32,707 nt of DNA, taken from assembly GCA_009773075.1 (NCBI GenBank), contig WOUX01000001.1, positions 5,990 through 38,696 of the forward strand. Reading direction: 5' to 3'. Made by a program: the position numbers and the translations under genes. Within the stretch, counting starts at the first letter, position 1, and each line of letters starts with the position of its first letter. Source of the DNA: a bacterium. GTDB taxonomy: Bacteria > Desulfobacterota > UBA8473. Positions 1 to 8,988 of the stretch are shown one piece after another. A model generated the notes under the pieces. That model did not search any database, was not told the DNA's origin, and saw nothing but the letters and a program-made list of their open reading frames with translations.

Positions 1-1
1 C

Positions 2-901
2 CATATTTTACCTCATTTCTACGTCGGCTCAACGATCGTTGTCCTAAAGGAGTTCAATCCCGACGTTATCTTGAAGGCAATCGAAACAGAAAAGGTATCA
101 ACTACCCTTATGCCACCATCCTTCATCATCTCACTCCTAAATCATCCAGGGATGGACCAGTATAACATCAGCAGCTTACGCTCTATTGTATTCGGTGGAG
201 AGCCAATGCCAGTAGAGGTGCTTAATAGGGCTATTGGGGTATTCGGCAATATATTCGCCCACGTATACGGACTTGTGGAGATAACACCAGTAACCTATTT
301 CCATGAGGACGATTTGGTACTTGACGGCCCCCCTGAAGTGCTGAAAAGGGTGCAATCCTGTGGTAAAGAGGCGATCAATGTAGAAGTGAGGGTCGTAGAT
401 GAGAATGATAACGACGTAATTCCGGGAGAAGTTGGAGAGGTAATTGCCAAAGGCGATCATATGATGAAAGGATATTGGGAATTGCCCCAGGCAACCGCAG
501 AGACTATCAGAGGAGGTTATGTCTATACAGGAGATCTGGCTACTTTGGATGAAGAAGGTTTCATATATCTGGTTGGCAGGAAAAAGGATATTATTAACTC
601 TAGTGGTAAAACTATCTATCCTGGGGATGTGGAAGAAGTTATCTACAGACACCCCTCTGTTTCCCAAGCGGCAGTAATAGGAGTTGCTGATGCAAAGCTG
701 GGTGAATCTGTAAAAGCGGTTGTAGTACTTAAAGAAAGAATGAAAGCAACTGAAAATGAAATATTGGATTTTTGCAAGCAGAATCTTGCAGCCCATGCTG
801 TACCGCAATCTATAGAGTTTGTGGATGAATTGCCAAGAAACCCATCAGGAAAGATACTGAAAAGGAAATTGAGGGAGAGATACGGCAAGGAAAAGCCTTA
901 G
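2..901 (+). CDS. Acyl-CoA synthetase / AMP-dependent ligase (ANL superfamily), C-terminal ~300 aa; 5' end lies outside the window
   Basis: The frame is open from nt 2, with no stop before the TTG at 71 used by the ORF track. Motifs YTGDLATLDEEGFIYLVGRKKDIINSSGKTIYP and PRNPSGKILKRKL are typical of adenylate-forming acyl-CoA ligases. Confidence 0.85.
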   Translation, partial: HILPHFYVGSTIVVLKEFNPDVILKAIETEKVSTTLMPPSFIISLLNHPGMDQYNISSLRSIVFGGEPMPVEVLNRAIGVFGNIFAHVYGLVEITPVTYFHEDDLVLDGPPEVLKRVQSCGKEAINVEVRVVDENDNDVIPGEVGEVIAKGDHMMKGYWELPQATAETIRGGYVYTGDLATLDEEGFIYLVGRKKDIINSSGKTIYPGDVEEVIYRHPSVSQAAVIGVADAKLGESVKAVVVLKERMKATENEILDFCKQNLAAHAVPQSIEFVDELPRNPSGKILKRKLRERYGKEKP

Positions 902-944
902 CAAATTTTTCAGCTGTATCCAATTAAGATAACTCGAGGATAAC

Positions 945-2609
945 ATGAAAGGGAAACAGTTAGTAATAATAGGCGGTGTTGCAGCAGGAATGAAGGCGGC
1001 TACTAGAGCTAGAAGAGTCAACCCAAATCTTAAGATAACCGTCTTTGAAGAAAAAGACTATGTATCATATGCCGCATGTGGCCTTCCCTATTATACATCA
1101 GGGGTTGTTAAAGAACGAGAAGAACTTGTGCTTAGAACGCCTGATGACTTCAGGATACCCTTTGATATCCAGGTACACATAAACCATCGGGTTACGAAGA
1201 TAGACCCTCAAAATAAACAGATAACGGTCTCTGGATTAAAGAGAAGGGGGGAGATCGTCCAACATTATGATAGGCTTATTATTGCCACTGGGGCAAAGCC
1301 CATTGTTCCACCTTTGCCAGGTGTTAACCTTTCAAAAATTTATACCATAAAGACCATAGAAGATGCCTCTTCTATAAAAGATTATATTGGAAGGAAACAG
1401 ACCAAAAAGGCCATCATTATAGGGGCAGGACTCATTGGATTGGAGATGGCTGAGAGTCTTATTTCCCAGGGATTAGAAGTTACTATAGTGGAAATGATGA
1501 ATCAAGTCCTCCCCCCATTAGATGAAGACATGGCATACTTTATTGAGAAACACCTCATTGAAAAAGGGGTGAATGTATCTAAGGAAAATCCGGTTGAAGC
1601 CTTTGAAGGAAATATGAAAGCAAGGGTAAAGCAGGTAATAACAAAAAATGCCCGATTTGATGCTGACTTGGTAATACTGTCTATTGGAATCAGACCCAAT
1701 ACACAACTGGCGCAGGAAGCCGGAGTTGCCTTAGGCGAAACCAGGGCCATCAAAGTTAACGAGAGGATGCTAACTAACATTCCTGAAATTTATGCTGCGG
1801 GGGATTGTTCTGAAACGTTCAGTCTGATAACTGGGAAACCGACATGGGTTCCCCTTGGCTCAACTGCTAATAAACAAGGACGGGTGGCAGGAGAAAATGC
1901 GGCAGGTGGTGATGCCTTCTTTAGAGGGGTATCAGGTACTATGATAGCCAAGGTATTCGACTACACCGTGGCAAAAACTGGCCTTTCAGAAAGAGAAGCT
2001 ATTAAACATGGATATGAGATAGAAAGGGCTATTATATACCCCAATTCCCATACTCACTACTATACTGATGCCAAGGGAATGTTCTTTAAGATAATAGCAG
2101 AAAAGAAGTCCAACCGGGTATTGGGGGCACAGATAATTGGAGAAGATGGAGTAGATAAAAGGATTGACGTGATAGCATCTGCTATAGCCCAGAAAGCCAC
2201 ATTTGGAGATTTACAAGGTTTAGATCTGGCGTACGCCCCACCCTATTCACCTGCAGTAGATCCGGTAATAGTGGCAGGGTATGTCTTGTCAAATAAATCA
2301 TTGGGGCTTCTAAAAGGTATGCCGGCAGATGAGTTAAAGAGGAAATTGGATAGTGGCGATAGATTTACTCTTTTGGATGTCAGAGATTATGAGGAGTACA
2401 AGAAAGGTCATATACCTGGCGCCAAACACATACCCTTCAACGAACTTCGAGGAAGGATCGGAGAACTCGACCCAGATCAGGAGGTGATAATCTACTGCCT
2501 CCAAGGACTCAGCAGTTACAACGCGATCAGAACCTTACAGGGAAAAGGTTTTACAAAAGTGATGAACCTGGATGGTGGTATCAACATGTGGAGGTGGAAT
2601 CTAGAGTAG
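945..2609 (+). CDS. CoA-disulfide reductase / NADH-dependent persulfide reductase-like flavoprotein with C-terminal rhodanese domain
   Basis: FAD fold IIGGVAAG; single redox Cys in SYAACGLPYY (CoADR/Nox class); second dinucleotide fold IIGAGLIGLEMAE. The last ~100 aa are rhodanese-like (LLDVRDYEEYKKGHIPGAKHIP ... IIYCLQGLSS). Confidence 0.85.
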   Translation: MKGKQLVIIGGVAAGMKAATRARRVNPNLKITVFEEKDYVSYAACGLPYYTSGVVKEREELVLRTPDDFRIPFDIQVHINHRVTKIDPQNKQITVSGLKRRGEIVQHYDRLIIATGAKPIVPPLPGVNLSKIYTIKTIEDASSIKDYIGRKQTKKAIIIGAGLIGLEMAESLISQGLEVTIVEMMNQVLPPLDEDMAYFIEKHLIEKGVNVSKENPVEAFEGNMKARVKQVITKNARFDADLVILSIGIRPNTQLAQEAGVALGETRAIKVNERMLTNIPEIYAAGDCSETFSLITGKPTWVPLGSTANKQGRVAGENAAGGDAFFRGVSGTMIAKVFDYTVAKTGLSEREAIKHGYEIERAIIYPNSHTHYYTDAKGMFFKIIAEKKSNRVLGAQIIGEDGVDKRIDVIASAIAQKATFGDLQGLDLAYAPPYSPAVDPVIVAGYVLSNKSLGLLKGMPADELKRKLDSGDRFTLLDVRDYEEYKKGHIPGAKHIPFNELRGRIGELDPDQEVIIYCLQGLSSYNAIRTLQGKGFTKVMNLDGGINMWRWNLE

Positions 2610-2753
2610 CCTAATTTCCATTCTTCCTGCCAAGCATAAACCCATTCCAAAGTTGCCTCACCTATTGACTTCACCAATTTAATACTTACCTTTTAATTTA
2701 ATAGAAAAAGACCGTCCAGGAAGCATAAGAGGGAATTTTTCAGTGCGGACTAA

Positions 2754-2780
2754 TTGGCACTCTTTAGAAAAAAGAGCTAA
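2754..2780. promoter_or_regulatory. CIRCE-like inverted repeat (candidate HrcA operator) upstream of dnaK
   Basis: TTGGCACTC-N9-AAGAGCTAA matches the CIRCE consensus TTAGCACTC-N9-GAGTGCTAA at 15/18 positions. It lies 30 nt upstream of the dnaK ATG. The two arms are imperfectly complementary. Confidence 0.45.
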
Positions 2781-2809
2781 TTGGTGTGAAATAAAAGGAG
2801 GGATTAAAA

Positions 2810-4726
2810 ATGGCTAAGACAATTGGAATAGACCTTGGTACCACCAACTCGGTAGTAGCCGTTATGGAAGGTGGTAAACCTACGGTAATCATAAATTCTG
2901 AGGGAGGAAGAACAACCCCTTCCGTTGTAGCATTCTCAAAAAACGGAGATCGTCTGGTAGGACAGGTCGCCAAACGACAGGCAGTTCTCAACCCGGAAAA
3001 TACCATATCATCTGTAAAGAGATTCACCGGAAGGAAATATTCAGAGGTTACTCAAGAGACAAAACAGGCTTCCTATACGGTCAAAGAGGGCAAGGGAGGT
3101 GCGGTACTTATACTGGCAGAAGGCAAGGAATACGCTCCGGAAGAGATATCTGCAATGGTTTTGAGGAAACTCGCAGATGAAGCCTCAAAATATCTGGGAG
3201 AGAAGGTAAAGGATGTGGTTATAACGGTACCGGCATACTTTAATGATGCCCAGAGACAGGCAACAAAAGATGCAGGAAATATAGCCGGTTTAAACGTAAA
3301 AAGGATAATCAATGAACCTACTGCTGCAGCTCTGGCGTATGGCCTGGATAAAAAGAAGAATGAAACCATCCTGGTATTTGACCTTGGCGGCGGTACTTTT
3401 GACGTCTCTATCCTGGAAGTTGGCGATGGTATTTTTGAGGTAAAGTCTACCAGTGGTGATACGCATCTGGGAGGGGACGATTTCGATAAAAGGTTGGTAG
3501 ACTGGATTGCTGCCGAGTTCAAAAAAGACAGGGGAATAGACTTACTAAAAGACAAACAGGCGCTTCAAAGGCTATATGAGGCTTCAGAAAAGGCCAAGTG
3601 TGAACTGTCTACAGTGGCAGAGACAACCATAAGCCTTCCATTTATAACTGCAGATGCATCTGGGCCAAAACATCTGGAGATGAAAATTAGCAGAGCGAAA
3701 TTTGAAAGCATAGTAGCAGATCTCATAGAGCGCTGTGAAGGACCTGTAAAACAGGCTCTGAGTGATGCAAAACTCTCCACAGGAGATATAGATGAGATCG
3801 TTCTGGTAGGTGGCTCTACAAGGATACCTGCAGTACAAAATCTGGTGAAGCGACTCACGGGTGGGAAAGAACCCCATCAGGGAGTAAATCCCGACGAAGT
3901 TGTGGCTGTAGGAGCTGCCATTCAAGCAGGGGTTTTGGCAGGTGAAGTTAACGAAGTTCTCTTGCTTGATGTGACACCTCTCTCTTTAGGGGTGGAGACC
4001 CTGGGTGGAATAATGACCAGGATTATAGAGAGGAACACCACCATTCCTGTCAGAAAGAGTGAAATATTTTCTACAGCCGAGGACAGCCAACCCAGTGTGG
4101 ATATAAATGTTCTCCAGGGTGAAAGGGAAATGGCAAAGGACAATCGAGCTCTGGGAAGATTCCGCTTGGAGGGTATACCCATGGCACCCAGAGGGCTCCC
4201 TCAGATTGAGGTTACATTTGATATAGATGCCAATGGGATAATACATGTCGGAGCTCAGGATAAAACAACGGGAAAAGAGCAGACCATTACAATAACAGAG
4301 TCAACCTCTTTGGATAAGCAAGAAGTGGATCGTATGATCCGAGAAGCTGAAATCCATGCTTCTGAAGATGCGGTAAAGAGAGAAGATGCTGAGATCAGAA
4401 ACCAGGCAGATACCCTTGCCTATACTGTTGAGAAAGAGCTGGTTAAGGCAGGGGATCGGCTGCCCATTCATGAAAAGGCTAGAATAGAGCAGCTTCTGGG
4501 TGATTTGAGGGATACTTCGAAAGAGGGTGGAAGTATAGAAAAAATACGGGCACTAACCAGTGATTTACAGCAGGCATCCAATTCTCTATCAGCTGCTTCT
4601 TATGGAGAGCAGCAGACCTCAGAACAGTCAGAACAGGAGTATGGCGGATATAACTATGGTAAAGAGAGAAACCGGGATAATGTTATAGACGCTGATTATA
4701 CAGTTGATTCCTCCAGGGGTGGTTGA
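2810..4726 (+). CDS. dnaK: Molecular chaperone DnaK (Hsp70)
   Basis: Hsp70 signatures [17 protein letters not shown] and [19 protein letters not shown] lies 8 nt upstream. Full length, 638 aa. Confidence 0.97.
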   Translation: MAKTIGIDLGTTNSVVAVMEGGKPTVIINSEGGRTTPSVVAFSKNGDRLVGQVAKRQAVLNPENTISSVKRFTGRKYSEVTQETKQASYTVKEGKGGAVLILAEGKEYAPEEISAMVLRKLADEASKYLGEKVKDVVITVPAYFNDAQRQATKDAGNIAGLNVKRIINEPTAAALAYGLDKKKNETILVFDLGGGTFDVSILEVGDGIFEVKSTSGDTHLGGDDFDKRLVDWIAAEFKKDRGIDLLKDKQALQRLYEASEKAKCELSTVAETTISLPFITADASGPKHLEMKISRAKFESIVADLIERCEGPVKQALSDAKLSTGDIDEIVLVGGSTRIPAVQNLVKRLTGGKEPHQGVNPDEVVAVGAAIQAGVLAGEVNEVLLLDVTPLSLGVETLGGIMTRIIERNTTIPVRKSEIFSTAEDSQPSVDINVLQGEREMAKDNRALGRFRLEGIPMAPRGLPQIEVTFDIDANGIIHVGAQDKTTGKEQTITITESTSLDKQEVDRMIREAEIHASEDAVKREDAEIRNQADTLAYTVEKELVKAGDRLPIHEKARIEQLLGDLRDTSKEGGSIEKIRALTSDLQQASNSLSAASYGEQQTSEQSEQEYGGYNYGKERNRDNVIDADYTVDSSRGG

Positions 4727-4780
4727 GGGGTATAAATTGGAATTGACTGGTAGTCAATTTTGATGTTCCTTCTGAAACTT

Positions 4781-4808
4781 AAGGGGGCAGATATCAATCT
4801 GCCCCCTT
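4781..4808 (+). terminator. Strong GC-rich hairpin downstream of dnaK (putative terminator, no clear U-tract)
   Basis: AAGGGGGCAGAT-atca-ATCTGCCCCCTT is a perfect 12-bp stem, 55 nt after the dnaK stop. A smaller AT-rich hairpin, AATTGACT-ggt-AGTCAATT followed by TTTT, precedes it at 4741-4760. Confidence 0.55.
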
Positions 4809-4833
4809 AGTGATATAGGGCGGGCAAAATAAT

Positions 4834-4862
4834 TTGACAAAAATAATTCAATGGTGATAATA
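4834..4862 (+). promoter_or_regulatory. Sigma-70-type promoter candidate for the trxA operon
   Basis: TTGACA (4834-4839), 16-nt spacer, GATAAT (4856-4861). About 105 nt upstream of trxA. Confidence 0.45.
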
Positions 4863-4967
4863 ATAACAGTACTGGAATATTTTATTCTATAATTACCTAA
4901 CCTTAGTGTCCTCCTCTGTTAGTTGTCTCTAAAAGAGAGGGATGAAGTTAAGAATGGAGGTATTTAG

Positions 4968-5300
4968 ATGTTGGAGAAAGAAAAAGCAGTTCATTTAACC
5001 GATGATTCATTTAACGCAGAGGTAATAAACTCTGATAAACCTACATTGGTAGACTTTTGGGCTCCTTGGTGCGGTCCCTGTAAGATGGTCGGGCCTATCG
5101 TGGAAGAGCTGGCAGAGGAGTATGATGGAAAGGCAAAAATTTGCAAGTTAAATGTAGATGAAAACCCAAAGACACCGGCTCAATACAGCGTTAGAAGCAT
5201 TCCTGCCTTGATTATGTTTAAGGGCGGCAAATCTATTGATCAGGTAGTTGGCGCAGTCCCTAAGGCAAAGATCGAGGAGCTGATAAAAAAGGCGCTGTAG
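4968..5300 (+). CDS. trxA: Thioredoxin
   Basis: Canonical WCGPC active site; 110 aa; SD GGAGG 8 nt upstream. Confidence 0.95.
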   Translation: MLEKEKAVHLTDDSFNAEVINSDKPTLVDFWAPWCGPCKMVGPIVEELAEEYDGKAKICKLNVDENPKTPAQYSVRSIPALIMFKGGKSIDQVVGAVPKAKIEELIKKAL

Positions 5301-5406
5301 ACAGAACACTATTTTAGTATATTGTTCATGAAATACTATGGCGGGCGAGCCCCCTATTAAATACTGGGATGCCCTGCTGGATTGCGTTTCAAACTTTCTC
5401 AGCGTA

Positions 5407-5430
5407 GGACAACAGCCGTCTCGGCTGTCC
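5407..5430 (+). other. Intercistronic stem-loop between trxA and the next gene
   Basis: GGACAACAGCCG-tct-CGGCTGTCC, just upstream of the SD (AAGGA) of the gene starting at 5445. No U-tract. Confidence 0.3.
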
Positions 5431-5444
5431 AAGGATTGAAGACA

Positions 5445-5990
5445 ATGAAAAGAAACAGGAATACCATCTTCGTTATTTTGTCGTTAACAGTAGTATTTGT
5501 TTTTGCGACTCTTCCAAATAATAGGTCTGAAAGAGGACCCAATCGGATGGTTAACGTAATAGGAAAGGCAGTTTGTGAGGCCGGGGAGAAACTGGAATGG
5601 CTTGATTACAAAGAGGGGAACAAGAGAGCTTCCCTTGAAAAGAAACCAATAATGATTAATTTCCATGCCAGCTGGTGTACAGCATGTAAGGAGATGGAAA
5701 AAGATACACTTAGCAACCCGTTGGTTAAAAGCTACCTTAAAAAGAACTTTATCAGCATACAAGTTGACGCTGACAGAGAAAAATACTTATCTTCAAAATA
5801 TAAGATAAGAGGACTCCCTACTACCTGGTTTTTGGAACACACAGGCACCCAAATAACACATTTGGTAGGCTATATTCCTCCTGAGCAGTTCATTGAGGTA
5901 CTTAAATATATAGAGGGAAAATATTATAAGAATCTGACATTTCAAGATTTCTTAAAGAGAGGGATAATAGATGGAACAAAAGGAAAGTAA
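5445..5990 (+). CDS. Membrane-anchored thioredoxin-fold protein (thiol:disulfide oxidoreductase-like)
   Basis: N-terminal hydrophobic segment IFVILSLTVVFVFATL followed by a Trx fold with a WCTAC motif. Start placed at MKRNRN (SD AAGGA 9 nt upstream) rather than the ORF-track start at 5382. Confidence 0.75.
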   Translation: MKRNRNTIFVILSLTVVFVFATLPNNRSERGPNRMVNVIGKAVCEAGEKLEWLDYKEGNKRASLEKKPIMINFHASWCTACKEMEKDTLSNPLVKSYLKKNFISIQVDADREKYLSSKYKIRGLPTTWFLEHTGTQITHLVGYIPPEQFIEVLKYIEGKYYKNLTFQDFLKRGIIDGTKGK

Positions 5991-6399
5991 AACCGATGTT
6001 TCTTCTGAGGAGATTAAAGACATATTGGAGAATTACAAAACTGTTGCCGTGGTGGGCTTATCCCCAAAGGAGGATAAACCCAGTTACCAGGTGGCCTCTT
6101 ACCTGCAATCCAAAGGGTTCAGGATTGTCCCTATACGCCCTTTGGGAAACAATATTTTGGGAGAAAAGGTGTACTCCAGTCTTCTTGAAGTACCCTTTGG
6201 AATAGATGTGGTTGATATATTTAGAAAACCTGAAGCAGTTTTAGAAATTGTTAAGGAAGCTATAGAAAAAAACGCAAAAGTGGTATGGATGCAGGAAGGT
6301 GTGATCAACAACGAAGCAGCCGAGTTGGCACGTAAAGCAGGGATTAGGGTAGTAATGGACAGATGTATAAAGAAAGAGCATCAAAAGCTTCTAGGTTAG
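5971..6399 (+). CDS. Small CoA-binding domain protein (YccU/YneT-like)
   Basis: VAVVGLSPKEDKPSY ... VDIFRKPE ... VWMQEG pattern of the CoA_binding_2 Rossmann family. Overlaps the upstream gene by 20 nt. SD GAGGGA. Confidence 0.75.
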   Translation: MEQKESKTDVSSEEIKDILENYKTVAVVGLSPKEDKPSYQVASYLQSKGFRIVPIRPLGNNILGEKVYSSLLEVPFGIDVVDIFRKPEAVLEIVKEAIEKNAKVVWMQEGVINNEAAELARKAGIRVVMDRCIKKEHQKLLG

Positions 6400-6421
6400 T
6401 GTAATTGAGGAAGGTCTGGAA

Positions 6422-7354
6422 ATGGATACTACTGATTACGATGTGATAATAGTTGGAGGGGGCCCGGCAGGACTAACGGCCGGCCTATATACATGCAGAT
6501 CAAGATTAAAATCCTTATTGATTGAGAAAATGGTTGTTGGAGGCCAGGTTGTCACTACGGAAACAGTGGAGAACTACCCTGCTTTTAAGGATGGAATAAA
6601 GGGGCCAGAATTGATTCAGGAGATGGAGGAACAGGCAAAGAGATTCGGATTAGAGATACTGACCGGGGATGTAGAGGGTGTAAGTGTAGCTGAAGATAAT
6701 CTCAGACGGATAAAGCTCAGTGACAGGGAACTTTCATGCAGGGCATTGATAATAGCCTCAGGGTCCAAACCCAATGAAATGGGAGTAGAAGGCGAAAGTG
6801 AATTGAGAGGGAGAGGGGTTTCATATTGTGCCACATGCGATGGGCCTTTCTTTCAGGGGTTGGATATAGCGGTAATCGGAGGCGGTAATTCGGCAGTTGA
6901 AGAAGGGATATTTTTAACAAAGTACGCCAAAAAGGTCTATATCGTTCATCGTAGGGACAGGTTAAGGGCAGATAAGATTCTACAAGAAAGGGCATTTAAT
7001 AATGAAAAGATAGAATTCGTCTGGAACACGGCGCTAAATAAGATTGAAGGCAACCCTACGGTTAATGCCATCGAGGTGCGGAATGTAAAGACTAATACCA
7101 TATCTAAATTGGAAGTGGGAGGAGTCTTTATGTATGTGGGGATTAAACCAAACACAGAATTTTTGAAAGGCATTGTCGCCTTAGATAAGAGGGGATTTGT
7201 AATAACTGATGATGAGATGAAGACATCTATCCCGGGTATATTCGCAGCAGGGGATGTAAGAGTAAAACCGTTAAGGCAGATCGCTACAGCCGTTGGAGAT
7301 GGAGCAACCGCAGCCTTTACTGCTGAAAAATATATAGAGGATATCAAACCCTGA
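6422..7354 (+). CDS. trxB: Thioredoxin-disulfide reductase (NADPH-type)
   Basis: GGGPAG FAD motif, CATCDG redox centre, GGGNSAVEE and HRRDRLRA NADPH-binding motifs. Confidence 0.95.
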   Translation: MDTTDYDVIIVGGGPAGLTAGLYTCRSRLKSLLIEKMVVGGQVVTTETVENYPAFKDGIKGPELIQEMEEQAKRFGLEILTGDVEGVSVAEDNLRRIKLSDRELSCRALIIASGSKPNEMGVEGESELRGRGVSYCATCDGPFFQGLDIAVIGGGNSAVEEGIFLTKYAKKVYIVHRRDRLRADKILQERAFNNEKIEFVWNTALNKIEGNPTVNAIEVRNVKTNTISKLEVGGVFMYVGIKPNTEFLKGIVALDKRGFVITDDEMKTSIPGIFAAGDVRVKPLRQIATAVGDGATAAFTAEKYIEDIKP

Positions 7355-7411
7355 TGCAGCGTTTTTCCTAAAGGCAATAGAAGTTTGATTGAATTAAAAG
7401 AGGCTAAGCAT

Positions 7412-7543
7412 ATGGAAAAAGAAAAGGATTTTGATCAAGATGAAGTTTCCAGCGAACCCAAAATTAATGAATTAGACCAGGGCTGGGATGAGTATCTGGA
7501 GGGAATCCTTTATTATGGAATAGAATCATGGCGAGGGGGTTGA
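7412..7543 (+). CDS. Hypothetical small acidic protein (43 aa), uncertain
   Basis: ATG preceded by AAGAGG at 8-nt spacing. Sequence MEKEKDFDQDEVSSEPKINELDQGWDEYLEGILYYGIESWRGG. No family recognised; below the ORF-track size cutoff. Confidence 0.25.
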   Translation: MEKEKDFDQDEVSSEPKINELDQGWDEYLEGILYYGIESWRGG

Positions 7544-7621
7544 TGCTGATCCTATCTCAGTAGGTTGCTGAGAGAGAAATAAAGGCATTTAGATCCTACA
7601 TAAAGAAAGCAGGGCTAAAAG

Positions 7622-8584
7622 ATGCTTATCGATCTCCAGGGCCAGATTGAAAGAATCACCTACACCAACGAGGAGAACGGCTTTACCATCGCCAAGGTCA
7701 AGGTGTATGGGCACAGTGACCTGGTAACAGTGGTGGGAAACCTGTTGGCTCCCAGGCCTGGAGAAGTCATCAAGATGAGGGGCGAGTGGGCCAACCATCC
7801 TAAATACGGCAAACAATTCAAGGCGACACATTGCAAATTCCTGGTTCCGGCCTCTGTTTACGGCATCGAAAAATACCTTGGTTCTGGCCTTATCAAGGGT
7901 ATAGGTCCCATCATTGCCAAGCGTATAGTGAATGAATTTGGGGAGCAGACCCTTGATATTATCGAGAATGACATTGAAAAATTAGCTCAGGTGGAGGGCA
8001 TTGGTAAAAAGCGGATTCAGATGATCAAAAAGGCCTGGGCAGAGCAGAAGGAGATCCGTGAGGTAATGCTTTTTCTCCAAACCCATGGGGTCAGCTCAGG
8101 CTACGCCACCAAGATTTTCAAACACTATGGCAATAGGTCAGTCGAGATATTGAAGGATAACCTCTATATCCTTCACCAGCTTGCCGATGATGGTCATATC
8201 TATTATCCTTACGAAAAACTTATAGAGAAGTGTCAGGAGATCCTCCAGATAGTCCAGGAGGTAACCATAACATTCGATGGCATGGACGTGGTTTACGATT
8301 ACACTGACATGGACGAGATCGTCCTGGCTTATGCGGTCTCAGTACACAAATCGCAAGGTTCTGAATATCCAGCTGTAGTTATACCCATTCTGACTCAGCA
8401 TTATGTGCTTTTGCAAAGAAATTTAATTTACACTGGGGTAACAAGAGGAAGAAAGCTGGTGGTGATGGTTGGCACCAGAAAGGCCCTGGCAATTGGTGTT
8501 AAAAATAAGAAAACGCAGAATCGTTATACGTATCTGAAACGCAGGCTAAACCTTCAATTATCAGGTAATTGTTTTGTAAATTGA
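7622..8584 (+). pseudogene. RecD2-type (SF1B) helicase remnant: N-terminal OB/HhH region joined in frame to the C-terminal end, ATPase core missing
   Basis: The N-terminus (ITYTNEENGFTIAKV, YLGSGLIKGIGPIIAKRIV, VEGIGKKR) and C-terminus (LAYAVSVHKSQGSEYP, NLIYTGVTRGRKLVV) match RecD2. Walker A (GGPGTGKT-like), Walker B and the central motifs are absent. It is 320 aa, whereas RecD2 is ~700-800 aa as I recall. Confidence 0.75.
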
Positions 8585-8767
8585 AAAACCTGGAGCTACT
8601 TACGACTTCCTAACTTACCTGATAACCTTCATCTCAAATGAACCACCTGGAAATTATTAACCCAACATACAAGGCTTCAGCTATACCATCCAGTCTCCAG
8701 GCCTACCCCCGCTGGTATATCCACAAAAATTACAGTACCACATACTGGCACTTTCGTCTGCCTCAGC

Positions 8768-8962
8768 TCAGAAATTGGCGTCTTTCCTCTCTGTCCAGGG
8801 TCTTGGTCCTGTTCTCATTAAGAGCGGATTAAATTCATAGGCACGCATTCTCACAAAATCTTCCCCGCATTTGGGACATGGTTTTACCTGGGGTTCATCA
8901 GCCTCGTCTTTCTTTACCTTCTTGCAGTCCTTTTTATGAACAACACCATACATCTTCATCAC
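8768..8962 (-). CDS. Hypothetical small Cys-containing (zinc-ribbon-like CPKCG) protein, 61-64 aa
   Basis: SD GAGGTG sits directly upstream of the ATG cluster (MMKM), and the gene has its own promoter-like element. A CPKCG knuckle is present. The ORF ends at TGA 8768-8770, and a second CxxC (CNFCG) follows in the same frame. Confidence 0.4.
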   Translation of the reverse strand: MMKMYGVVHKKDCKKVKKDEADEPQVKPCPKCGEDFVRMRAYEFNPLLMRTGPRPWTERKDANF

Positions 8963-8988
8963 CTCACAATAATATTAAATTTTTAAAC

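Noticed and set aside
176-808. Antisense or alternative-frame ORFs in the six-frame track that lie inside well-supported genes. Examples: 176-808(-), 3073-3555(-), 6946-7377(-), 9580-10131(-), 11734-12315(-), 24845-25204(-), 31229-31540(+).
   Set aside because: Each lies wholly within a gene with strong family motifs on the other strand or frame. They have low-complexity or Ser/Leu/Ile-rich translations, no SD, and no recognisable family. They look like typical shadow ORFs.
2755-2775. TGGCAC at 2755-2760 as a sigma-54 -24 element upstream of dnaK.
   Set aside because: No TTGC/GC -12 element occurs at the required 4-5 nt spacing; the following sequence is TCTTTAGAAAA. The CIRCE-like reading explains the motif better.
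4748-4759. The 12-mer TGGTAGTCAATT is shared between the dnaK-trxA spacer (4748-4759) and the ilvE upstream region (32605-32616), suggesting a common regulator site.
   Set aside because: In a 32.7-kb window, a few dozen exact 12-mer coincidences are expected by chance (about N squared over 2 divided by 4 to the 12th). Two copies alone are not evidence.
4900-4967. CCTCC in the trxA leader (around 4911-4915) pairing with the trxA SD GGAGG, as an RNA thermometer or anti-SD switch.
   Set aside because: The complementarity is only 5 bp, with no extended helix that I can draw. That is too weak to claim.
8720-8770. Selenocysteine recoding of the TGA that ends the small zinc-ribbon ORF.
   Set aside because: The only hairpin I can draw directly after the TGA is a weak 6-bp stem with a 2-nt bulge (CUG-AG-GCA / UGCCAG). 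It does not resemble the long bacterial SECIS, and the TGA is not within a CxxU-type redox motif. A nonsense mutation in a decaying gene is more likely, so this stays as an alternative inside the finding only.
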